A DNA stretch of 64,000 bases, from IMG/VR virus record IMGVR_UViG_3300021400_000034, positions 96,001-160,000 of that record. One strand, 5' to 3'. This document shows, piece after piece, positions 21,342 to 30,911 of this stretch. This stretch comes from a virus (lineage: Duplodnaviria > Caudoviricetes). Within the stretch, counting starts at the first letter, position 1, and each line of letters opens with the position of its first letter. A model generated the notes under the pieces. It searched no databases and was not told the origin of the DNA. It saw nothing but the letters and a program-made list of their open reading frames with translations. Position numbers and translations under genes: made by a program.

Positions 21342-21370
21342 TTTACAAAAATATAGAAGTTTCTTATATT
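21342..21370 (+). promoter_or_regulatory. sigma70-like early promoter
   Basis: TTTACA-N17-TATATT. Confidence 0.7.
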
Positions 21371-21400
21371 TTCATTGTACAACTCGAAAACGGAGGATCT

Positions 21401-21652
21401 ATGTCCGCTATGAAGTACATTCTCGATAGTGATGTCGATGTTCAAGATCGACTGGGACTGTCGGTTTGTAAAGACCATGTCAAGGTGACTGGAGAATACA
21501 CGTCTGACTCTGTCGCCAAGTTCAAGCTCACCTGGAAGGCTGAGCAGGCTATGAGGAGGGCTCATCGCGGTCGCGTTCCGGTCTTGACTAAGACACACTT
21601 CTACTGCTTTGACGGCAGAGGAACCGCAGAACTAGGAAGAAAGGAGTACTGA
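21401..21652 (+). CDS. hypothetical protein
   Basis: GGAGG RBS before MSAMKY. Confidence 0.6.
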   Translation: MSAMKYILDSDVDVQDRLGLSVCKDHVKVTGEYTSDSVAKFKLTWKAEQAMRRAHRGRVPVLTKTHFYCFDGRGTAELGRKEY

Positions 21653-21969
21653 TGACTTTTGAAGAAGCTAAGCAGACAGCGCTAGACGTGATGAGCGACT
21701 ATCCCGACTGGATCGACGTTACAATTTCATCACAGGAAGGAAAGACGTTCGTCCAGATCATGTATGACAAGTCCCGCAAAGGAAAGCGTGATGAAGATAT
21801 GACGATCTGCGACGAGGGCTGGATAGTCTACAATCAGTGGTACGAGGATCTGAACCTGAAGCCCGTTCGAGGCATTCCTGAGTACTCGGCGCTGATAGGA
21901 ATCGAGCGCGGACATCTATACGAGTTCCTGTGTCGACAGATCGAGATGGTCTCACACATCACATACTAA
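21652..21969 (+). CDS. hypothetical protein
   Basis: TGATG coupling. Confidence 0.65.
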   Translation: MTFEEAKQTALDVMSDYPDWIDVTISSQEGKTFVQIMYDKSRKGKRDEDMTICDEGWIVYNQWYEDLNLKPVRGIPEYSALIGIERGHLYEFLCRQIEMVSHITY

Positions 21970-21986
21970 AATAAAGGAGACAAAAA

Positions 21987-22394
21987 ATGAAATGGACATA
22001 TAAGTATGAAGCAGAAATGGACACGAATGACGGAGACTATATTTATAAGTCAGGCGAACTTGGTGTCTATGATGACGCTGACATTGAACAGATGAAAGCA
22101 GTACACATGACTATGATGTACTTGAACGCTTATGCAGAGAAGTTTGATGATGGCAATGCAGACGATGATGAAGTAAGAGAGGCATTTGCGGAAAAGTGCA
22201 AGTCTTATGGACTTGAAGAAGCAGACTATAAGAATTTCCACATAGATGGATATCATTACAAACCAAGAGATCCAAACTGCGACAGCAATGCTCACGATCT
22301 GGAATTCTCATTCAAGCGTCTTCCTGCAGATGTCGTAGAACAGAACGTAGATGAGTTCGGCTTGAGACAGTACTACAATGTAAATAGAGGTTAA
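21987..22394 (+). CDS. hypothetical acidic protein
   Basis: AAGGAG RBS. Confidence 0.7.
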   Translation: MKWTYKYEAEMDTNDGDYIYKSGELGVYDDADIEQMKAVHMTMMYLNAYAEKFDDGNADDDEVREAFAEKCKSYGLEEADYKNFHIDGYHYKPRDPNCDSNAHDLEFSFKRLPADVVEQNVDEFGLRQYYNVNRG

Positions 22395-22395
22395 T

Positions 22396-22680
22396 ATGGC
22401 TACCGCAGCAGAAAATGCGAGAAAAGTCCTTAATTCAATCAGATCGAAACTCAAGCTGGATAAGTTTCCTCGTGGAACATTTATCGAAAGTTTTGGTGAG
22501 GATCTCGCATACATCCGATACAACGGTTGTATTGAAGACCGTTTCTCTTCTGGTGAACTGACTGTCGATGAAGCCTATGGACGTGCACAGAAGATAATCG
22601 ACACTTGTGGCGCACCTAAGCTGAACACCTCTGACGATTTCCTTGCTCCAGAAGACCTTCCACCATGCATGTTAGGTTAA
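22396..22680 (+). CDS. hypothetical protein
   Basis: GAGG RBS. Confidence 0.6.
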   Translation: MATAAENARKVLNSIRSKLKLDKFPRGTFIESFGEDLAYIRYNGCIEDRFSSGELTVDEAYGRAQKIIDTCGAPKLNTSDDFLAPEDLPPCMLG

Positions 22681-22694
22681 TCTAGAATTTACGG

Positions 22695-22723
22695 TTTAGA
22701 TTTCTCTCGGATTTACTTATATT
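22695..22723 (+). promoter_or_regulatory. sigma70-like early promoter
   Basis: TTTAGA-N17-TATATT. Confidence 0.75.
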
Positions 22724-22753
22724 TTCTCTGTAACTTCAACAAAGGACCAACTA

Positions 22754-23932
22754 ATGAGAATTGAGACTAAGTACATACAGTCAGACGCTCTGCGCTGCGG
22801 CATGGATCTCTGCAAGGAGATCAACAAGTTCGGCCATGAAGCTTACGTGGTCGGCGGCTGCGTCCGCGATCTCGTCCGCTGGGGCTTCGGTCAGACTGAC
22901 AAGCCCGAGATCCACGACGTGGACATCGCTACGAACATGCCAATCGATGCGCTGAAGAACTGCTTCCGCACGGAGAGCAACAACGGCGAAGCTCACGGCA
23001 CGATCCTCGTCTTCCACATCTACGGCTATCCGTTCGAAGTGACTCAGTTCCGCAAGGACGGCGCTTACAGCGACGGTCGTCATCCCGACACGGTAGACTT
23101 CACGAGAGACTTCAAGGAAGACGCTGCACGTCGAGACTTTACGATGAATGCTATCGGCATGGACGGTGACGGCAACCTGATCGATCCTTTCGACGGCATT
23201 CACGACATCGACGTCGGCATCGTTCGAGCTGTCGGCGACGCTGACGCACGCTTCAAGGAAGACTCCCTCCGCATCATTCGCGGCATCAGGTTCTCTGTCA
23301 ACTTCGGCTACGAGATCGAAGCTGAGACACAAGCTGCGATGAAGACGAACGCTGCTCTTCTGAACAGTCTCTCTAACGAGAGGGTCCGCAAAGAGATCGC
23401 TGCCGTCAAGAACAAGGACTGCGGCTTCCAGCTCTTCATGAACAAGCTCGGCAAGCTCGACGCGCTGGACAATCATCCTATGTTCGAGTGGATCGACTAC
23501 CACGCTCTTCACGTCGCTGCTCTGCGGTCTAGGGACTTCGGCAAGACTTCTGTCTTCGCTATGATGACTCTCTTCAGCCACCAGAGCGACAGACAAGCTG
23601 AGCTGTGCCTTCTCACGAGAGAAGAGAAGAAGCAAGTGAAGTGGTTCCAGAAGTTCTGGGCTAAGCGCGACGAGATGACGCTGCCTTGGGCAGAGCTCAT
23701 CGAGTTCGTCAAGGGCGACTGGAACACGTTCATCAGCATTCTCGACAATCGAGATCTTCCCGCTTGGGCGAACTACATCCCTCAGGCTATCGCTCTGAGC
23801 AAGATGGAGATCGATCAAGCGGCCATCAGCGGCAAGCTGATGGATGAAGGCTATGAGCCTGGTCCCGTCTTCGGCGACATGGTTCGAGCCGAGATCCAGA
23901 AGATCTACCAACAAGAAGTGGATAAGATGTAA
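22754..23932 (+). CDS. cca: class II tRNA nucleotidyltransferase (CCA-adding enzyme)
   Basis: VVGGCVRD, DVDIAT, EVTQFR, EDAARRDFTMNA, RFKEDSLRIIRGIRF and SNER motifs. Confidence 0.92.
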   Translation: MRIETKYIQSDALRCGMDLCKEINKFGHEAYVVGGCVRDLVRWGFGQTDKPEIHDVDIATNMPIDALKNCFRTESNNGEAHGTILVFHIYGYPFEVTQFRKDGAYSDGRHPDTVDFTRDFKEDAARRDFTMNAIGMDGDGNLIDPFDGIHDIDVGIVRAVGDADARFKEDSLRIIRGIRFSVNFGYEIEAETQAAMKTNAALLNSLSNERVRKEIAAVKNKDCGFQLFMNKLGKLDALDNHPMFEWIDYHALHVAALRSRDFGKTSVFAMMTLFSHQSDRQAELCLLTREEKKQVKWFQKFWAKRDEMTLPWAELIEFVKGDWNTFISILDNRDLPAWANYIPQAIALSKMEIDQAAISGKLMDEGYEPGPVFGDMVRAEIQKIYQQEVDKM

Positions 23933-23981
23933 ATAACTTGTTTACAAATTGTTCAGACTTTGTTTAGTCTTTGTTTAGGGA

Positions 23982-24016
23982 CAAAAAGAGAGACGGTCTT
24001 CACGGCCGTCTCTTTC
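23982..24016. terminator. bidirectional intrinsic terminator
   Basis: AAAAAG-AGAGACGG...CCGTCTCT-TT between convergent genes. Confidence 0.65.
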
Positions 24017-24033
24017 TCGTTAGCGGAATTTCA

Positions 24034-24795
24034 TCAGGACTCGTCGTTCTCCTGCTCTTCAAGAAAGCGATCCATCTGCTCAGCGGCTTCCTTCGGCGTG
24101 TAGCCGTCTTTGAAAGCCTGAATGAACTCTCCTCTCCACTCGTCAGTCACATAAGAGTTAGCAGTGACTGGACCGTAGCCGAGCTTTATCATCTCCCTCT
24201 TGCACATGTCCATCCAGTCGCTAGCGTCAGTGTTGCTCTTGTCGACGCGACGACCAGACTCACGGATGATCTCTAGCGCTTCTTCGACTGACATGCTCTC
24301 GTTCTTCTTGCCGAGCAGCTGCTGTCCGATCCGCTCGATGATCTGGTCAGTGTTGAGAGCTCCGTCCTGGACGAGCTTCAAGATGTCGTATCCGCGAGAA
24401 GCCAAGAACTCTTTAGGATCTAGATTCTTGAGACCACATAGAGTCAGAACGACGTGGTCGAACTGAGCCTTCTGGACGCGATCCATAGTCTGGATGCGCT
24501 TGACTGCCTTCTTCTTCTGGAGCGCAGGTGCGCTGTCGACGATCTCGGTAGCGTATCTCTCGAACGACTCGGTCAATCTGTCCCACTTAGAGCAGTTGTC
24601 ACGGATCGAAGAAGCGCAGTCGAACTCGCTCATTCTGTCAGCGTAGAAGTCTCGAATCCAAGACTCCGCATGTTTCATCTTGCTAGGATCGATGACGATT
24701 CCTATAGAGCCTAGAACGTCAAGAACGCGGTTCTTGTAGCTCTTGTAGCTGTCGCCGAAGAATCCTTCGTTGATGCACTCTCCGAATGTTCTCAT
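24034..24795 (-). CDS. putative internal virion protein
   Basis: MRTFGECINE N-terminus and internal SVEEALEIIRESG motif. Confidence 0.7.
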   Translation of the reverse strand: MRTFGECINEGFFGDSYKSYKNRVLDVLGSIGIVIDPSKMKHAESWIRDFYADRMSEFDCASSIRDNCSKWDRLTESFERYATEIVDSAPALQKKKAVKRIQTMDRVQKAQFDHVVLTLCGLKNLDPKEFLASRGYDILKLVQDGALNTDQIIERIGQQLLGKKNESMSVEEALEIIRESGRRVDKSNTDASDWMDMCKREMIKLGYGPVTANSYVTDEWRGEFIQAFKDGYTPKEAAEQMDRFLEEQENDES

Positions 24796-25022
24796 TACTG
24801 ATACTCCCAGTGAAGGTTTCTGATGCCGCCGTCATAGTCGAAAGCGCGGCGGACCGGACGAACCTTCTTCCTCTTGGTCTCTTCGATCTTAGCTCTCACA
24901 GTGCCACGCTTTGCGGGAGCAGCCTTCTTAGGATCAGCCTTCTTCTGAACGGAGTTGAACTCCTTCTCGTACTCTGCGAACATAGCTAGCAGTTCGGGAT
25001 CTTTGATTTCGCTTAAGTCCAT
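24795..25022 (-). CDS. hypothetical protein
   Basis: TATAAATA and GAGG upstream. Confidence 0.6.
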   Translation of the reverse strand: MDLSEIKDPELLAMFAEYEKEFNSVQKKADPKKAAPAKRGTVRAKIEETKRKKVRPVRRAFDYDGGIRNLHWEYQ

Positions 25023-25059
25023 GATATTACCTCAGTTTATGTTATTTATACTTTATCTA

Positions 25060-25088
25060 TTTAGATTTCTCACGGATTTTCTTATATT
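25060..25088 (+). promoter_or_regulatory. sigma70-like early promoter
   Basis: TTTAGA-N17-TATATT. Confidence 0.75.
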
Positions 25089-25117
25089 TACTGTGTAACT
25101 TCAACAAAGGACCAGCT

Positions 25118-25489
25118 ATGAAGAGAATCATCAACACCTCTATCATGAGGAAAGCGTGCCGCATCGAATACAAGACCGAGGACGGCTTCATCACATTGAG
25201 CTTCAATGAAGATCAGACCGAGTACACGATCAGTCCGATCAAGAACAGCGAATACCTGGTTCTGATCCAGACTGAAGGCGCGTCGGAAGGACCTATGACG
25301 GCTGTCCCGTGGTGCGATCCGGTCGACACTTGGCTGAGCGAAGGCCGCTTGTCCATCTACGACGAGAGCCAGATGGACGTAAACACTGTCTTCCTCGCTA
25401 CGATGATGTATGCAGAGCTCCAGAAGCTCAACAAGAAGATGAAGATAGCTAAAGCGGCTGTCGAACTCGGAAAAGCCCTAGAAGTATAA
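25118..25489 (+). CDS. hypothetical early protein
   Basis: promoter plus AAGGACC RBS. Confidence 0.75.
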   Translation: MKRIINTSIMRKACRIEYKTEDGFITLSFNEDQTEYTISPIKNSEYLVLIQTEGASEGPMTAVPWCDPVDTWLSEGRLSIYDESQMDVNTVFLATMMYAELQKLNKKMKIAKAAVELGKALEV

Positions 25490-25492
25490 ATA
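25485..25492 (+). promoter_or_regulatory. T4-late-like promoter (one of about 12)
   Basis: TATAAATA; also at 26471, 29820, 31927, 32780, 35191, 39947, 46370, 51085, 62518 and on the minus strand at 21324 and 25043. Confidence 0.7.
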
Positions 25493-25512
25493 TCCTATAA
25501 AGAGGAATTTAT

Positions 25513-26475
25513 ATGCGGAAACTAATCTCAGAAAAGCGAGAGAGGAAGACTTTCGACACATTCATGACATATCTGATGGATCAGGACGGCAGGTGCTCTG
25601 CTGACGGCGGAGACCACACCTTCTACTGTCTCAAGCTGAACGACGAGAACTTCAGCTTCGACGGCTACGACAAGTTCAAGGAACAGATCGACAAGGAAGG
25701 GCTCTACGACTGGTCCTGGGTCGCAGGTCTGATTCCGAACAAGAACCTGGAAGACGGAAAGGTTCCAGTCAGCTGGCTTCCGATCTTCGGCGATCCTAAC
25801 CGCTATGTAACGAAATGGTTACGTAACGGCACGCCGTCTGGCGCAGTGGAAGAAGTCTTCCGTGACCGCAGAATGAAGATCAAGGACCGCATCGACTACT
25901 TCGCTATTCCAGCAGAAGAGCAGCTGAGCTTGAACGCTCTCAAGGAAGAGCTCGAGAAGATCGGACTTCCTTGCCGCATCAGAAGCCATCACCGCAAGGG
26001 CGACTTCTTGGAGACGAACCTCGAGTTCTCTCAAGAAGCATGCAAGAAGTGGAACGACATTCCCGTCTCGGGCGGCTACAAGATCGTATGGCTCATCCGC
26101 AACAAGTTCGTCATCAACAAGCACAAGTTCAACTCCGTCCAGAAAGTCGTAGACTACTTCAAGGAGAACAAGGATCTCTACGAGATCGCTGAAGCTAAGG
26201 AAACTATCAAGAAGGCTGGAAAGAAGCTCATCAAAGAGTCTAGCTATTCCTTCGAGAAGATGAAGAAGATCACGGAGATCCTCTACGACAACATCGAAGA
26301 GCTGAACTACGACGACGCTCAAGACATCGCAGACTACGTCTCCGAGAAGATGGAATCCGAAGACGTGGACCGTGAGTACGTAGCAGAGACGCTAGAGCAG
26401 ATGCTAGACGACTGCGGCATCCGCATCTCCTTCGACCTGTCTACTCGTCTCGCTAGCAAGATCATAGCGCTATAA
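25513..26475 (+). CDS. putative internal virion protein
   Basis: late promoter; MRKLISE start and EAKETIKKAGKKLIKES motif. Confidence 0.7.
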   Translation: MRKLISEKRERKTFDTFMTYLMDQDGRCSADGGDHTFYCLKLNDENFSFDGYDKFKEQIDKEGLYDWSWVAGLIPNKNLEDGKVPVSWLPIFGDPNRYVTKWLRNGTPSGAVEEVFRDRRMKIKDRIDYFAIPAEEQLSLNALKEELEKIGLPCRIRSHHRKGDFLETNLEFSQEACKKWNDIPVSGGYKIVWLIRNKFVINKHKFNSVQKVVDYFKENKDLYEIAEAKETIKKAGKKLIKESSYSFEKMKKITEILYDNIEELNYDDAQDIADYVSEKMESEDVDREYVAETLEQMLDDCGIRISFDLSTRLASKIIAL

Positions 26476-26495
26476 ATAAGAAAAAGGAATTTGGA

Positions 26496-27458
26496 ATGAA
26501 AAAGTTGACTGAAGCAATGCTTGTTCTAGAACGTTCTGGTCTCCTCATAGAAGCATATCCAGGTGAAGGCTACAAGAAGCCAGTGCTGCAAATGCTTCAA
26601 GAGATCGAAGATAATGACCGAGATCTCGGAAAGCTAGTAGACTTCATAATCAAAGACAAGTGGGGCGACATCCAGAAGGCATTCAACGAAGCGTCAAGCG
26701 AGTTCCGTGAGATCAAGTCAGATACGAGCTGGAAAGGAGATACCTACTACGCTGCTTGGTTCAAAGAAGGATTTGCTCAGAATAGCCGCGATGCTAGAAG
26801 CTACGGAAGATACATATTCTCTAAGGTCAGTAAGTTGGCTGGAATTCCGATCAAGTTCAGCAAAGAAGGCGGCGCTAGAAAGCGTGGATCCTGGACTCAG
26901 GCCTGGTGCATAGACTTCAACATTCTGACGAAGGATGACGGATCTTATGATCTCAGGGCCATCGCTGAAGTAGTAGGAAATGACGACAAGTACTGGGAAA
27001 TCCTCGATGAGCTGTATGCTCACAGGAAGGACCGACATGACTCTCATACTCCGAGCGAAGAGGAGAAGAACATAGAAAGTGCGAGAGAAACAAGTATCAT
27101 TAGAGCTCTCAACAGCATCAGCAGAGCTCCTCTGACAGAGAAAGACTGGGAGAGATTAAAAAGCAGCACAATCGGAAGACAGCTAGGAACGCTAGACAAG
27201 CTGAGCGACGAGAAGCTTAACTCGAGAAAGCACGCTATCCTTCTCATGATGGCTAAGAAGTGTCATGGTGAAATTGGCGAGGAGATCGACTTTGGAGACG
27301 AAGATGTAAGCATTACTAAGGTGAGCAGATTCCTGAGGAGATGCGGAATCTCTATACCTGACGCGCGCACATATAGGGAACTTGGAGATATTATCTTGGA
27401 TCGACTGAGAGAGGTCAAAGATTACTTCAAAGATGAGCTAGAAGTTCTCGATCAGTAA
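26496..27458 (+). CDS. putative internal virion protein
   Basis: late promoter; MKKLTEAMLVLERSGLLIEA. Confidence 0.7.
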   Translation: MKKLTEAMLVLERSGLLIEAYPGEGYKKPVLQMLQEIEDNDRDLGKLVDFIIKDKWGDIQKAFNEASSEFREIKSDTSWKGDTYYAAWFKEGFAQNSRDARSYGRYIFSKVSKLAGIPIKFSKEGGARKRGSWTQAWCIDFNILTKDDGSYDLRAIAEVVGNDDKYWEILDELYAHRKDRHDSHTPSEEEKNIESARETSIIRALNSISRAPLTEKDWERLKSSTIGRQLGTLDKLSDEKLNSRKHAILLMMAKKCHGEIGEEIDFGDEDVSITKVSRFLRRCGISIPDARTYRELGDIILDRLREVKDYFKDELEVLDQ

Positions 27459-27529
27459 TTAAATCTTTACATTTCCGGTGGTTTTTATAATCGCCGGAAA
27501 TTTTGTAGATTTACTGTGGAAGGCTTATA

Positions 27530-27961
27530 ATGAAACCTACATTCAAAGTACTATACGAAGAGTTCAACAAGAACGAGATCCAGTTCGCGAACTGGTTCGA
27601 CTTCAGTCAGTGGTCAGTCATCAAGAGAGAGCTCTCTGGTCTGATCAAGAAATTCAGAAAGCTAGAGAAGCTAGACTTCAAGAAATCCCAGAAGGAAGTG
27701 AAAGAATTCTTCACGAAGAACATGTGGTCGGACGAGTTCAAGAAGTGCAAGAGTCTTGACGAGCTAATCGAGTACTCTATCGAGATGCGACTAGAGCGTC
27801 TCTGCATGTACTACTTCTGGTCTAAGTGCGAATATGAAGTGATCGTGTCTTCCTGGCCTCCACGCGAAGGATCAGAGGAGAAGATCGACATCTACGATCA
27901 GCTCAAAGCGAACTGGGATATATTCAAAGAACTCGTATTCAAAGAGTTGAAGCTCAGATGA
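27530..27961 (+). CDS. hypothetical phage protein
   Basis: YYFWSKCEYE...KIDIYDQ motif. Confidence 0.75.
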   Translation: MKPTFKVLYEEFNKNEIQFANWFDFSQWSVIKRELSGLIKKFRKLEKLDFKKSQKEVKEFFTKNMWSDEFKKCKSLDELIEYSIEMRLERLCMYYFWSKCEYEVIVSSWPPREGSEEKIDIYDQLKANWDIFKELVFKELKLR

Positions 27962-28701
27962 CGCAAGACGAAAAGAACAAGTTCGACAGTCTGACGGACA
28001 CTTCGTATCTATTCAGACTGATCTTCGAGAGAGCTGGTCTCGATCTCACGTGCATACAGATCGACGGAAAAGACTGCTGGCACTTATACTACAAGACGGC
28101 CATCGTAGGAGCAGTCACGACCAGGCTATGGGAGACAGAGGCTGACTCTTGCACCTTCACGAACCTGCATCTCTACAAGTACTTCACTGACAAGTTTCCG
28201 AAAGTGAAAGACTTCAGGATGTCAGAGTTCTACGAGTACCGAGATGGAAAGCGGGTCAAGTTCTCGTTCGACAAGTTCGAAGACTACACAGACCAGATCA
28301 AGAAGTGCTCAGAGTCGCTGGTGAAGCATGATGAAGATGAAGAAGATCCCGACAATCTAGAGGACGCTATCGCTAGACTGAAGGACTTCTGCGACGAGTT
28401 TGACGAGAAGTTCTCGAACAACACGCTCTTCAAAGACGTGAGGGCGCTGCTGAACGAGAACGAGAGACTTAACAAAAAACTGAAAGAGGTTGACAATGGC
28501 AATGACACTAGAAGAAGCAGTTCAGAAGAGGGAAGAGCTAGTAGCGGAGCAGAGGAAGTATGCTCACGCGATCAAGATTCTGAAGTCGGAGAGCATTCCG
28601 GAGAACGGAGCGATCAAGACAGCGATCGCTCTGTACGAGTCGAAGATCAAGATGATCGACGAGAATCTGAAGGATCTAGCGAATCAGGCTCTGGATGCTG
28701 A
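27958..28701 (+). CDS. hypothetical protein
   Basis: ATGA overlap; 3' end overlaps the next gene. Confidence 0.65.
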   Translation: MTQDEKNKFDSLTDTSYLFRLIFERAGLDLTCIQIDGKDCWHLYYKTAIVGAVTTRLWETEADSCTFTNLHLYKYFTDKFPKVKDFRMSEFYEYRDGKRVKFSFDKFEDYTDQIKKCSESLVKHDEDEEDPDNLEDAIARLKDFCDEFDEKFSNNTLFKDVRALLNENERLNKKLKEVDNGNDTRRSSSEEGRASSGAEEVCSRDQDSEVGEHSGERSDQDSDRSVRVEDQDDRRESEGSSESGSGC

Positions 28702-28903
28702 GAAGCCGGAGTGGACTATCGAGTTCAACTTCGAGGGTGAGAGCACTTACATCACTGAGTGCAAGATCGGCATCGAGAAGAACCCAGACAAAGATGATCT
28801 GATGACGTGGGACTCTAAGGAGTCTGCAGAAGAGTTCGCTAAGTGGTACGGGTACAAGCACGGCTGGAAGGTCGTTCCAGTCTCTCAGTACAAGAAGAAG
28901 TAA
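28490..28903 (+). CDS. hypothetical protein
   Basis: GAGG RBS, codon bias. Confidence 0.6.
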   Translation: MTMAMTLEEAVQKREELVAEQRKYAHAIKILKSESIPENGAIKTAIALYESKIKMIDENLKDLANQALDAEKPEWTIEFNFEGESTYITECKIGIEKNPDKDDLMTWDSKESAEEFAKWYGYKHGWKVVPVSQYKKK

Positions 28904-28906
28904 TCG

Positions 28907-29824
28907 ATGAAGCTGTTCGTAATCTCCGACATACACACGGACGTCTGGTTTCCTTATGCGGTAGAGAAAGACCGCTGGAAGCTCGATGATCCTCCTGAGT
29001 CAGCATCGAGGGACACGCTCGAGCACATCTGGAAGATGTACGAATATCCTCTAGACGTGGACGCTATCTTGGTGGCCGGAGACATAGCGAACGACTATCT
29101 GACGACGACATACACGCTCAAGTGGCTGTCGGAGAAGTACAAGAAGGTCTACTTCGTCGTCGGAAATCACGAGTTGTGCGTACGTGGAGGAACTCCGAGC
29201 AAGAGCAACCTGCAGTTCTTGAACAGCTACGAGAAAGTGACTAACCTGGGACGCTACGCTGACTCCCTAGGAAACTGCTATCTCCTCGACGCGTCGATGC
29301 GCGACGGAATCGCTGGGACTATGGGCTTCGCCGACTTCAAGTGCTGCTGCTACGACGTCGCCTCAGAAGTCAGAATGAAGCTCGCTTGGCGAAGGTCATG
29401 GTTTGACGGGAATCACTGGAAGCTGCACAGCATGAATCCTGACGACATCTGGGAGTCAGAGAGGGTCCGCATGCACGATCTGATCGGCGGAAAGCCAAAG
29501 GTGCTAGTAACTCACTTCACGCCTATTCAGCTCGGGATCACCTTCGACGCTAGGAACGATCCAGGAAACGCTTTCTTCTTTTTCGACGCTAAAGAGTTCT
29601 TGGAGGAGTTCGAAGAGGACGCTTATTGGGTGTGCGGGCATACGCACTACCACTATAAGGCAGTATACACGAACGCTAAAGGAGCCAAAGTCACTATCCT
29701 GTGTAACCCGAACGGCTATCCAGACAGCTCCCATACAGCGCTCTATGCGCCGAGCGAGAAGCGTCCTAAGACTGCGACATCGATAGGTCTGACTGAAAAC
29801 GAGCACTTCATCATCGAGATATAA
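28907..29824 (+). CDS. calcineurin-like metallophosphoesterase
   Basis: SDIH, AGDI, GNHE, THF and GHTH motifs. Confidence 0.9.
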   Translation: MKLFVISDIHTDVWFPYAVEKDRWKLDDPPESASRDTLEHIWKMYEYPLDVDAILVAGDIANDYLTTTYTLKWLSEKYKKVYFVVGNHELCVRGGTPSKSNLQFLNSYEKVTNLGRYADSLGNCYLLDASMRDGIAGTMGFADFKCCCYDVASEVRMKLAWRRSWFDGNHWKLHSMNPDDIWESERVRMHDLIGGKPKVLVTHFTPIQLGITFDARNDPGNAFFFFDAKEFLEEFEEDAYWVCGHTHYHYKAVYTNAKGAKVTILCNPNGYPDSSHTALYAPSEKRPKTATSIGLTENEHFIIEI

Positions 29825-29858
29825 ATAAAGAGAATAACATTCAAGGAGTTTTTCTAAG

Positions 29859-30764
29859 ATGACTACTGAAAACGAAAACATCAAGGACGAAGAGCTGAAC
29901 GAAGCTGAGCTCAGCGACGTGAAGAACTCGATCGCCTCTCTCTGCAAGAAGTACCTCACTGGCTCGTTCTTCGACAAGCTGGTCGACACGAGTGGAATCA
30001 AGATCGCCAAGGACATCCTTCTCGGCGACCTGAAGAACATGATCGGCAAGGGCACTTCTGGTCCTGCAGCTAAGAAGTTCGCTATCGCTATCCAGATGGC
30101 TAAGAATCCTGTGGCAGTCGACACTATCATGTCGAACTACATGCTCAAGGGCGACGGCATGGGATCTGGCATCGGCTACAGCGAGTCTGCCGAGATTCAG
30201 GGATTCCGCGAGTATCTCACTGAAGCCAAGAAGGGCGGATGCTGCGGCGGAAAGAAGAAGCCGTCCGAAGAAGAGATCGAAGAAGCTATCAAGGTCGTGG
30301 AGGCTGAAGGCTACAAAGTCAGCCGCATCGAAGAGTCCAAGGAAGACAAGAGCTTCGTCACCGAAGAAGAGATCGAGAAGGCTAAGAAGCTCGTCGAGTC
30401 TCGCGGATTCAAGGTTCGCGAGAAGAGAGTCAACGAGTCCGAAGAGGAATACCTGGTCTTGGAGATCCCAGCTGACAAGCTCGGATTCGACGTCGACGAA
30501 GTAGAGACTCTCATCGAGATTGCTATGAGCGACAGATCAGTTCCGACCTATCTGCGAAACAGCGTCGAGCACATTTCTACTGATCACGACGACGGAACAG
30601 TACATGTTATGGTCTACGATGCAGAAGACGCTGAAGAGGCTAAGGAAACGATCATCAAGCTGATCGACGCATTACTGGAGAACGCTACGGGCATCGAAGC
30701 CGAGATCTCCGAAGATCTTCTCGACAACTACAGAAACCTCATCGACAAGGCTGTAGAAGTCTAA
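29859..30764 (+). CDS. putative internal virion/scaffold-like protein with repeated leader motifs
   Basis: late promoter; GFREYLTEA plus two EEIE.A.K.VE..G.KV repeats. Confidence 0.7.
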   Translation: MTTENENIKDEELNEAELSDVKNSIASLCKKYLTGSFFDKLVDTSGIKIAKDILLGDLKNMIGKGTSGPAAKKFAIAIQMAKNPVAVDTIMSNYMLKGDGMGSGIGYSESAEIQGFREYLTEAKKGGCCGGKKKPSEEEIEEAIKVVEAEGYKVSRIEESKEDKSFVTEEEIEKAKKLVESRGFKVREKRVNESEEEYLVLEIPADKLGFDVDEVETLIEIAMSDRSVPTYLRNSVEHISTDHDDGTVHVMVYDAEDAEEAKETIIKLIDALLENATGIEAEISEDLLDNYRNLIDKAVEV

Positions 30765-30852
30765 AAGATAACAAATCTTTACAAAACAAGCGCCTTAACC
30801 GGCGCTTTCTTTGTGTTTTCTGAAAAAAATTGAGATTTTTCTGATTTTGGGG

Positions 30853-30881
30853 TTTAGATTTCTCTCAGAAGTACTTATATT
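30853..30881 (+). promoter_or_regulatory. sigma70-like early promoter
   Basis: TTTAGA-N17-TATATT. Confidence 0.75.
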
Positions 30882-30911
30882 GTATATGTAACTTCAACAA
30901 AGGACCTACCT

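Noticed and set aside
22781-23914. Long antisense ORFs (also 30906-31949, 57832-58482 and many others)
   Set aside because: These are shadows of strongly biased sense genes, with no RBS or recognisable motifs.
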